Shown here in pieces: positions 14,101 to 28,700 of a DNA stretch of 64,000 nt (positions are counted from its first letter, which is position 1; every line of letters begins with the position of its first letter). The stretch is from the NCBI RefSeq assembly GCF_964355755.1, contig NC_092679.1:3998201-4062200 (forward strand), in the 5' to 3' direction. The translations under genes were made by a program, and so were the position numbers. Below the pieces are notes generated by a model. It was not told where the DNA came from, ran no database searches, and was given only the letters and a program-made list of their open reading frames with translations. Origin of the DNA: Antedon mediterranea. Taxonomy: Eukaryota; Animalia; Echinodermata.

Positions 14101-15302
14101 TTGGCAAGGAAGCAATTGGAACATTCCTCAGGAATTTACAGGTAAATATGGTAATTTTTGTCATATGGGTTATTTATGACCTTTGTGATGACCTCTAGGA
14201 AATAACTAATTCCATCACATTAAAATACTAGTTAATTTTGTTAATCTCTGTCTACACTATCAAACTTATATATACATATACCATATATTGACATATCAAT
14301 ACCATATTTGAGGATATAACCACCATATTTTGGATACACTTTTTTTGTCAAACTAGTTTGATAGTGTAGACAGATTTAGTCATCCTAAATCAAAACATAT
14401 GCTTATATATAGTGTACATCATAATTGCATTTTTTTGACATCAGGTGTACAAATCGACTGGTGACTTTGTCGGAGCCAAAGCGTACTATGGCCAGTACTC
14501 TGCTGTGAATGACGACACACCTGAAAAGTTTCTAAACTTAAGAGAAGTGGTGATGCTACAAAAACAGCCCCGTAGGATGTTCGTGCAAGTAAACACAAAA
14601 CTGAGTGAAGGTAGGTTGAATGTCAGGACTGTGTAGAAACTTCTATAGCATAAAAACAATAAAGGTTTCGGTGCTCAGACCCAAGTTGAGGATTTTGGCA
14701 TTTTATAAATTAGTGGAATAAAAATATATGCCATCATTTTATAGTAGAGCACTGTGGGTAGTCTCATCTCAGCCTCTGTTGGTAATCATACTGTGCTGGG
14801 CTAACAACCCTACCACCTAAAATGATCACATTACTTTTGTAGAAACCACAAGGGTTTATCGCAAATAGCGTGAGCGATGCATGATGGGAAGGAATTGGGG
14901 GAAATAGTAATAGTAAATAATAAAAAATGTATATACGCTATATGCTATTGCTCCCAATTCCGTCCCATCATGCATCGCTCACACTATTTGCGATAAACCT
15001 TATTGTGGCCATATGTCCCAATTAGAAATGGATTATCTAAACGCTATGAATTACTACCCTACGATGAAAACAATAATGTAGAGCTGTAGTCAGAATTACC
15101 AAAATACATTTAATATCTATAATAATTTAAATTTAATCAATAATAATATTTGTAAACATAATCTTTTTTAGGTGGTTCAGTGGAGCTCTGCGAATATGAA
15201 GCCACGGCTACAGGAATTGTTGAATCTTTTATTGACCGATTCAGTGAGGCGTATGAAAGCAACGTCTATGATCTCTGGCAAAAAGACAAACAACATTTTT
15301 AA
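8122..15302 (+). CDS. DPP3: Dipeptidyl peptidase 3 (peptidase M49), ~713 aa, 16 coding exons
   Basis: Exons 8122-8385, 8708-8797, 9152-9289, 9916-9990, 10127-10220, 11120-11232, 11349-11479, 11728-11786, 11905-12099, 12360-12466, 12817-12969, 13119-13243, 13533-13653, 13962-14141, 14445-14610, 15172-15302 (2142 nt, in phase). Contains the M49 motifs [36 protein letters not shown], the zinc-binding HELLGH, EECRAE and QAHMQAR. Confidence 0.97.
10318..11052. mobile_element. Tc1/mariner-like non-autonomous element carrying a 113-bp x5 tandem array
   Basis: ta|CAGTAGAAC...GGGACACCC left end and ggtatcccc...aggttttacta right end. caactaa recurs at 10448, 10561, 10674, 10787 and 10900 (period 113). 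Confidence 0.75.
12157..12295. mobile_element. MITE family A (opposite orientation)
   Basis: tgtctacactatcaaactagtttg ... aagtttgatagtgtagaca in a DPP3 intron. Confidence 0.85.
13697..13830 (+). mobile_element. tRNA-derived SINE
   Basis: A-box tagcttggtgg and B-box ggttcaatcc. A homologous copy on the opposite strand lies at 35491-35611. Confidence 0.7.
14246..14374. mobile_element. MITE family A
   Basis: Both TIRs recognisable; degenerate interior. Confidence 0.8.
14846..15008. mobile_element. Palindromic MITE-like hairpin in a DPP3 intron
   Basis: ggtttatcgcaaatagcgtgagcgatgcatgatgggaaggaattggg pairs with cccaattccgtcccatcatgcatcgctcacactatttgcgataaacc. Confidence 0.8.
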
Positions 15303-15716
15303 ATAGAGCCCACTTAAAGTGCTCTTGTCATGACATGAATGTCAATTCCTAAAAGGAACTTAGATTACAAAAACAATATACTGTAGTAAAATAAGTCAAA
15401 ATATGTCTCAATACACACATATATTTTTTTGTGTGTAAAAATGTCAATTCAAGTTATCCATTTCTTTTTTGATATTCTCACCAATTTTTATTGGGTTATA
15501 CTTAAGCATTAAATGGAGTTTTCCATATGATTGGTTTGAGCTATTCTATTTACCCAGACTATTTATTAACACTCTGTATGGTTTAATAAAATGATTTCTG
15601 TAATTTCTTGATTTTTATTGTTTGGTTTTATAAACTAAGATCTTCAACATTTTAGTATAACTTTTTATAGTGCATAATAATTAAGACCGCACTGAGAAAA
15701 CACCTATACTGTATTA

Positions 15717-16855
15717 TTAACTTTTGTTTGCAATTTTGTCTAATACATTGGTTAATTCTAGTATACTTGAAATAGTGTAATGAGGCTTTGGAGCAGAAGA
15801 CGCAGGTGGATGACCACCTGGGTTTATCCATACAGTTGCGAGACAATCTGAATTGATTCCACCTTCAATGTCAGTAGCTAGACTATCTCCAACCATTATA
15901 CACTCGGTAGAGGTGACAGACAACATCTTAAATGACTTTTCAAAGATTGAAATATGCGGCTTTGCGTGTGGTTCATCACCGCTGATCACCATGCCATCAA
16001 AATAGTCTCTGGCATTGCATTGCTTTATCTTAGATCGCTGAATTACAGAATCACCGTTTGTTAGTAGTAGTAATTTATATTTCAATCGTAACGCTCTCAA
16101 AAAAGATTTGATTTCTTTTGTAAAAAAGATACCCTCGATTCTTGTGTCCTTCCACAGTTGATAGACTTCAGATGCTAATGCTAGACTGACATCACTGCCA
16201 AGAGCTGTCTGCCATAAACCGGTTCGCCACTCATCTGGTGTTTTTATACCATCGGGGTCAATTTCCTTTTCCTTAAGTAACTTCTGAAAAGCTAAAATTG
16301 CTTCTTTTGAATTAAAATGTTGATAGTTGGTGCAAATATAGTTTTCAACCTGAAATAAAATATATTGTATTATTACTTGTATATTACAGAAAGGTTAAAA
16401 ATAATAGGCGTATGAATATGATTTTAAAATTATAAATACATCATTACACATTATATTCAATTTTTCTTTTTAAATGTCTTCATTCAATTTTTGACTGCAA
16501 CTTTATCTCCAATTTCGGTATTCGTGTTTCCGCCTGTAACTTAAGAAACAACAATAATTTAGCTAAATAATATACATTACAGGTTTATTGCTTTATTTAT
16601 TAATTACAGAATACAGGAGCAGTTTTAATTCAGTAGTTCAAAACAACCCACAACACTAGTCATATAGTGATGATCAGTATATAGATTTAGTAGTCTAGTA
16701 TCTATACTATTACTAGCCTAGTACTACTACTAGTAGTAGAGGTATCAGTACCACCAACTATTTACCTTAGAATATGCTTTAGTGTCTGCTCCTTTTGTGT
16801 CAACGAGGGTGTTATCTAAATCTAATAATATAGCTTTAACTTGAAAGTTATTCAT
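15717..16855 (-). CDS. NANP: N-acylneuraminate-9-phosphatase (HAD hydrolase, HDHD4), ~240 aa, 2 coding exons
   Basis: Exon 1 16855-16766 encodes MNNFQVKAILLDLDNTLVDTKGAD (HAD motif I). Exon 2 16349-15717 has LLTNG, KPHISIF and MVGDSLATDIEGG (motifs II-IV). The GT..AG intron is phase 0. Confidence 0.92.
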
Positions 16856-17611
16856 TTTAAATATGCAATCATAAACATGAAAAAATAATGACAATCTCAC
16901 AACCACGTATCACACTCTTTAAATCTAAAAGAACCAATGTTTACATAAAGTAAATTTCGGAACTTATTTCTTAGTATGCTGGTAGTTCGACCTGATCCCC
17001 TAACTTTCCATGTTTTATAAAGGTAAAATTAGCGCGTCCATAATTTCTGTAGGGTATAACAGTAGTGACTTGATTTTGTTTATTACTTATTATAAAGATA
17101 ATATTCAAACAAACGTACAACACAATATGTAAAACCAATATTTTTATTACTGGTTATTCTAAATTTGCTTTAACTGTAATAGTAGTTTACTTTCAGTTTT
17201 AAGCAAACGACATTAGGAATAGTACAACAAATGGAATTGGCCATTGAAGTGGCGCGCTCGTCCAAAAGAATAATAAAGTCTACGTAATTTTCGACGTCGA
17301 ACAAATTGAAGCTAAAATGTATGTATTAAATTGTTGTATTTTCTTTAATTTATACATGTTTTCGAATATTTAAAAACATCAAAATAGTAATAAATAAAAT
17401 ATACATGTGTATGTATAAACAGTTTTAACAGTAATTGCTTTATTGAATGCAGTTAATTTCCTTTGACATTCGTTTGTGTGGGTTTTTTTTGCTCAGCCTG
17501 ATTCCTGAATAAACTCTCCTTTCACTGTTCTTCTGGGTGGTGGCCAGCTGATAACCAGCTATCTAGTAAGGCCTAGCCTATATTTTGGTTTTAAAGAGGA
17601 CTACATTCAGT
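16856..17611. promoter_or_regulatory. Putative bidirectional promoter, NANP / RAD51, with inverted CCAAT and E2F-like site
   Basis: Divergent starts lie ~756 bp apart. ATTGG at 17236-17240, GTGGCGCGC at 17249-17257, local CpG enrichment, and a donor-like gtatgt at ~17318 suggesting a non-coding RAD51 first exon. Confidence 0.55.
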
Positions 17612-21909
<4,298 letters not shown>

Positions 21910-23563
21910 ATATAAACTGTGGTTTCATTATTTTCTTTAATTGTTATTAAATTATATACTTTATCAATATGTGAATTTAGGGCAGTAGACCAACCTGTAT
22001 GGAAGAAATGAGGGTGGTAGACATATATCCACCACAGAGCCATCTATTGAAAGAGTTACGACATTGTGTTCATGGATTAGAAAGTCATGTAGTACATTAC
22101 CAGCCATCTTTCTGTCCAACTATACCTATGTAGAGTATGGAGTTGAATCCTTTCTTATAAAAATATATAACATTCAAAAGGATTTAACTACCGAATTTAA
22201 TATCAAAAAACAATCCATTTGTTTAAAGGATTTTTTTAAATTATTAAGTTAATTATTAACATGATTTTAATCAACAAAATGTAAAAACAGTACATTAACT
22301 ATAAAGAATCACTATCCTAACTAAATGCACACGCGTAGAGCGTGTATGAGGTGCGAAATATTTTGGACACAAAAATGGCTTCCAATCCACTCAATGTCAG
22401 AACTCTTCCAGTATATGGCTCTGATCCACCACAAATGTATATGTTTTTTATTAGCTAATATCTGGCTTGTAGTCATTTCAGAACTGAAAAATGATCAAAA
22501 AATACAGTCATTACCAATTATTTTCTTTTTATTGATATACTCCCTTTCCTTTATTATATATATTTAATTGTTAGCAAAAAACTGTATAAAGCTCAGTGAA
22601 AGATAGTAATGTACAATGATAAATATAAAAATGTTATATTTTAAAAGATAAAAATGATAAATGTTATAGAATTGCATTCTTGCAAATTTATCATCTGTAA
22701 CAACATTTATTTTGTGTGGCCACAAATAAACACTGATCAGTAATGTATTGTAATTTCACAGTGATAGTGTAAATAAACAGTTTTCAAAAACAAGTTTTTA
22801 TACTATAGAGTAATTGTTTATTAATTGTTTGGTTCCTTTCATATTTCCCAGTTGCAGTAGCTATACTTGCCTAGCCATGTTTAGCATATTCAACTAAAGT
22901 TGGAAACAAAAATGACAGTCGGTTTAAAGAACACCAACGTCAAGCTCTGACAAACATGTTATTATATGATTTCACGATATGTGAAGTTATTGTGTTTTGC
23001 ATAAAGTTATTATTGTTTTATTTTATTGCGTAACAATACTAACATACTGTGTCACAGAAGAAGTGGTGAGGTCATCGTATGAAGTGCGTTGCGCATGTAA
23101 CATACCACCCATACGCGCACGCATGTTAAAAAGCGACGATAATTGTGTGAAAGAAGAAAAACATACAGCAGCAGTATCTAGGCTATTCATCATTCTTCTT
23201 GAGCTCAAAAATCATTATCAAATAATTACAATGATCCCTCTTCGTCTGCTTAAAGTTAGTACAGTTTTGAAGCAACTAAAAAGAGGAAAAATATCAACCA
23301 CTGCGCCATTAAAAACGCTTCCTGTACAGGTACAGTAAATGACAGATTTATTTTTTGTTTTTGACATCCCCCAGCAGCCAGGCCTATCTCCCCATTATAA
23401 CACGAGGAGCGCATCTCTTTGTTTTTGGGAGAAAGGACTTTTTGCATTCTCTCTGTTGCATCTATGAAAATCACGTCTCGTTCGTAGACGAAAGGTTTTA
23501 TCATTCATCAAATAAATTTCAATTCAAATGTAAAAAATGTTACAGAAAATCTTTTCTGAAAAG

Positions 23564-23612
23564 ATGGTGATGGTACGTCGTGTACAACTTGTACACGACG
23601 TACCATCACCAT
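23564..23612. repeat. Perfect palindrome, 24-bp arms, 1-nt spacer
   Basis: atggtgatggtacgtcgtgtacaa-c-ttgtacacgacgtaccatcaccat. Confidence 0.95.
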
Positions 23613-24709
23613 TTTTCAACAAATAATGACGATTTTATACATGATCGATGTGGGTTCGGGTTAACACCCACGTATAGAATCCATGCTAATCCCATGCACC
23701 CACTAAAAGATGTATTGTCCCCCCAAAACATGATACGTAGGCCTAGTTCAATCTCTTTTTTTCTTCTCTTTTTTTAAGGATACTGTTATTGGTTTGGTTT
23801 TGATGTCCGTTGGTTGCTGTGCTTTACCAGCTTGGTTAATGGTTACTCGCCCTAGACCAGCAGAAGGAGACAGACCCAATGTTTAACAACATTGGCAACA
23901 TCATCAGAGCAGTAACATCCTAACACGTCTGAACAGAGAGTGACTGGCTATTATTACCCCTTTCACACCGGAGTGATCTCCGGAGTTGTGGTGTGAGAGG
24001 GGTTTGTATCAGCTACATTGATCGTGATTCAACGATACCACCGCAGTTGAGACAGACATAAAGATGAGTCAAACAAAAACGTTTAAATGATGTACTGTAC
24101 TCTTGGTCAAAAAATGTTAAGAACTAACGAAAATTGTTGATAGGCCTCTACTGTACAAACAATAGGCCCTATTTTAATATTACGTTTAGGCATGTTGTAG
24201 GCCTATTTAGTTAATGTAGTTATTTGTTGTTTTCTTCAATTTTGCAATGCAACTACTACGATATTCCGTTGTTCGATGTGCCTAGGATAAGTTTGTTTTT
24301 AATTAATAATAATTAATATTGAACAATTCATATTTCATTGTATTAACGTTTTTACTTCTGTACTTTCTATCAAATCAACTATTATAGGGCTATAGTACCA
24401 TTTTATTATTAGAAAAAAAAAATATATATAATTGAATAATTTACTACATTAAACTTGTCTTACGGCATAAAAACAAACCTCTCTTACACACATTGACAGA
24501 CACCTGCTGGTATTTTTAAGAATAGAAAGTAAAACACAGACAAAAAAAAGATCCTTTGACAAAATTGGTATTACAGTACTGTAGGATAGTAGTATTCAAC
24601 TTTTAAAGATTGTATTCATAATCATAAATAAAAACAATTATTGAACAAGTCATTATTTCTTAGCATAAATATTTATAATTGTTTTCGTCAAGCTGAATTT
24701 CTCCATCGT

Positions 24710-25052
24710 TTAGTCTTCTTGTTCATCACCTCTAGTTTTATATTGCGGAACATGGTTAAAGAACCACGTTGGGTATAAAACAACGGTGCATAGGAATGAT
24801 GAGAATCCTATAACAGTCTCTGCTGCACTCAAACCAGGTTTTGGAAGAACTGCCTAATAAAGATAAACAAAAATATTATATTAATAGACCTACAGTAGAC
24901 CTATGCGTTACAATGACAGATTTGTACACACAGACATAACCATTTAAACAGTTCTGTACCTTATTACTTCTGTAGGCCTTTTGAACAGAACGTGTAGCAG
25001 GAGAAGTTAATATTTGTCGGTTTACCGAACTTACAATAAGTCTTCCAAACAT
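24710..25052 (-). CDS. COX8: Cytochrome c oxidase subunit 8-like small protein (78 aa, 2 exons)
   Basis: Exon 1 25052-24960 and exon 2 24853-24710 are joined by a phase-0 GT..AG intron, giving MFGRLIVSSVNRQILTSPATRSVQKAYRSNK/AVLPKPGLSAAETVIGFSSFLCTVVLYPTWFFNHVPQYKTRGDEQED*. The leader is Arg/Ser-rich with no acidic residues, followed by one hydrophobic helix and the COX8-type pattern S-x-A-E...P-x-W-x3-H-x3-YK. Confidence 0.8.
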
Positions 25053-25751
25053 CACGAAGATAATTTATTTATTAACAATTATTAGACAATGTACAAAAAT
25101 GTTACTTGAAGTAGTAGTAGATCTACTGATCTTGATCGAGTTTACAACAAACTAGGCCCGTACAGTAAAAAAAATGTTTTCTTTTGTTTGTGTTTATGTT
25201 TTTGTTGTCATACGTCACTAAGGAAACGCGTGCTGCATTTCACTACGCACTCACCGAAATACATACGCATCACCCCTACACACGTACACACACACTCCTT
25301 CAACAACCAACTCCCATTTTTAACACCCTATCCAACATGCGAAAAATATAATTATTAATAATTATATCATAACAAATATACAGTATTCACCATTTAATGA
25401 AAATTTTAGACAAAATCATCAAGTATACGTAACGTACGCGCGCATCCATTGTACGTCGTACGCGTACGTTTGAAGATGTATGTTTTTTATATAGCGACAC
25501 CTACCGGTGGAATTACAATAGATTGAGTGTTGATTGGTTAATGATGACCTGAACTCTATCAATAGAAATGAAGTTTCAAAAACAGCAGAGAGAAGAAAAC
25601 TAATTTCGGCGGCGGCGGAGAGTGTGGAGTTTTAGAGTGTGGGGAGAGTAGAATACTAATAAAAGGAATTATACATTAAATTACTTGCTTGAAACGTCTG
25701 CTTTGCACAGTTGATTTCTATAGAAGTTCTGTACATTTTAAAGTCTGTTTT
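25053..25751. promoter_or_regulatory. Putative bidirectional promoter, COX8-like / CCDC88
   Basis: Divergent genes ~700 bp apart. CpG-dense patches (25211-25290, 25425-25470, cggcggcggcgg ~25607) stand out in an otherwise CpG-poor window. Confidence 0.55.
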
Positions 25752-28700
25752 ATGGTAAGTAATTACACCTTACCCGGCATCTTCTTAATTAAAAGAAGAG
25801 GTCTCATCCCCGCCGTGCCGTGTGTGGCATAGGCCTATACAAGAATGATTGATACTGTAGGCTAGCCTACGGTCAGCTAGCCAAAAGGTCTAACCCTCTA
25901 CCTCCTAGCTAGTAGGCTAAGCCCGAATGCTGAACGGTTCTGCAGTGTCCCCCAGTGCCTGTCCTGTGCTGATCTTGTTGTGTCTGCTTATCCCATGTCA
26001 TGAAAAAATAAAATGACCAATTGAAATTCCAAAACGCCACAATCTTTTTAAAAAAGCTTAGAAATGAATCCTTTTTTGTGGTTGAGGTGTTAAGCCTAGG
26101 CTAGTCCTATATTAATTATTATCGATGAATGTGCATGCTTTATATATTCGCCGTTGCTAAAGATACGGTACCGTATCCATGCTTTTAAAAACTAAAGATA
26201 CGGTAATTATAGAGGGCGCTTCCGTTTGCTAAAAGTACGGTAAAATTGCATTCCTAAAACTCGTACCTAAATATAAAACTCCTTCCTAAATATTAAACTC
26301 CTTCCTAAATATTAAACTCCTTCCTAAATATTAAACTCCTTCCTAAATATTAAAAACCTAACCCTCTAAATAATCTCTCTTAAATTAAAAACTAAAAAAA
26401 AAAATTTAAAAAAAGACGTCAAGAGGAGTATCGAACCCCCAACCCCTTAAGCCAAAGACTCATCACATGCCCACTAGGCTACACAGCTGGCTTGCAGAAA
26501 ACCAATGCAATAACCTATTTGATTAACATCCACATTACATAGCGCCCTCTATAATTACCGTACCTTTAGTTTTTAAAAGTATGGATACGGTACCGTATCT
26601 TTAGACATAACGTTATATATTATTCCAGTTTTGACTGGCCTAGGCCTATAATAAATTTAAAATTGTTAATTGCAGAAGCATACTACTAATACTATGATTT
26701 TCCCCATGGAGACTTACTTGGAACATTAAACTCGGATTCCTATTATGCCTGGATAAATACGTGGAATTTATACATTTACACAGGAGGGAAGTAAAACCAC
26801 TATGGCGTCTACAGTGGATGATTTTATGCTGCACCCACTTGTGGTTTGGGTAAGTTTAAGAAAGTAGAAAACAGTATACAACTTTGTCTGGTCCTGATGG
26901 TGGTAAAGTGAAGTGTACTGAAATCATATCAGTGTAAAGCGTGGTTCTCACTAGCGACGCACCACAAGGACGTAACACAACGCAAGTGAATTGACCAATC
27001 ACAAGCGATGGCTTATTTGCTTGTGATTGCTAACTGTCTATAACTTCGCTTGTCATTGGTTGAAACGCTTGCGTTGCGTTTACGTCCTTGCGTTACGTTC
27101 TAGTGGGAACCAACCTTTAGCAACCTGCAATTTGTGGTGGTTTTTTTATCGTCAAAATTACATAGTATATTTTGTTTCTGTTAAACTTAATAATGTATTA
27201 TAATTTTCTTTCTTTTTTATTAAGCTGTTTATCTGCCTATTATCCAGGGTAGTCACAGGGTTTTGACACAGAAGAAGAACAGGAAAAGATTATAATACCT
27301 GTTTTCTGTGACCTTCGTAAAACACAGTAGAAAACATGCATATTACAGTTGATCAACCTTCTATACTTATAACCTTCATTTGCATAATTTTAGTTTCAAT
27401 ATTTGCTGTACTATTGTTTCAATATAAAACCCAAGGTTCTTTAACCCCACAAAGCAAAGGTTAGCAAAATGTAGTCTATGATTCAATCGTCGTTATTGTT
27501 GTGTTATCAATTAAACTTGAATGAATTCAACTATCCAGTAAATGATCATTAAGGAACACAAACAAGGTATCATAAAGTAAGACATTAATAAAAAAAAAGG
27601 CTTTAAGTTTTTAAAACAAAAATTATGCTATGAAAATTCTGTAAGAAATAAGTTTTAAAATTAAAATATTCAAACAGTAGTAAGTATGATATCTTGTATT
27701 GAGAATATTTGATTATTCATTATCAAGTATAATTGTATTATAATTGTATTAGTTAGCTAATACTTAATAGTTGAATCACTTCATAATAATGTAGGCCCAG
27801 TGGTATTGACACACACCTACATTCTCCCAGCCAGAGCATCACATTATCAGTTATCTGATATTCTGAAAACGACCTGCTGATGAAATTCTTTCAATTAACA
27901 CATGTACAGAGAGTGAAATGTCTTTCAGCACATGTCCCATGGTATAGAAGAACTTTGAACTTTACATACAATTAATTGGTCATGCTGCACAATTCAATCA
28001 AATTATCTATTTATTAAATAAATCGGTAAAAATTTCGGAGGGTTGGATCCAAGGGAGGAAGGGGCCCATCCGCCCCGGTGCTCTTCTAAGTTTTGCAAAT
28101 TGTAAAAATACTGGATCCACCACTGTTTCGTACCAAATGTGGTTTATGGTTCATCTGAAAGTTCTAAAAAAGCACTTTTTCTGTCATTCAATTATCAACA
28201 GGTGAAAACTGTAAGTAAAGATGGTGGATTACTAAGCTATGCAGACTTGATTGATGGAAAATATCTCAATACAGTTATGGCGAAAATGTGAGTAATTATT
28301 ACTTTTACCATCCCAAAACCTGATTCTTCAAGTTTCTGATTATTGGGGTTGACTGTTCTTACCCAGACAGTATTGCACACTAGATAGTATTAAAACACAA
28401 GACAACAGACTATACAAAACAACTGTTTATTTTTCTTATCACCTACAATCCAAATTGAGTGCATCCTGTATTGGGTCCCTGTTGTTATGGTTACCAAGAG
28501 TTTGCATTACAGGTTAACCATTATCAACATGATCCAATCTGCTGATTGTTTTTAGTGTTCAGAACTGTAAATTTTACAAAATCAACAAAATGAGTTTTTT
28601 TTTAAAATTTGTTGGACAAGATCAACACAGTGATTGAGACTAAAGTATAATAATAATACATAGCAAACAAGAAAATTTATTTCAATCAACAGATGGTGTA

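Noticed and set aside
22997-23777. Cluster of 60-113 aa ORFs between RAD51 and COX8-like
   Set aside because: No recognisable domain or consistent splice structure; the region looks like transposon debris.
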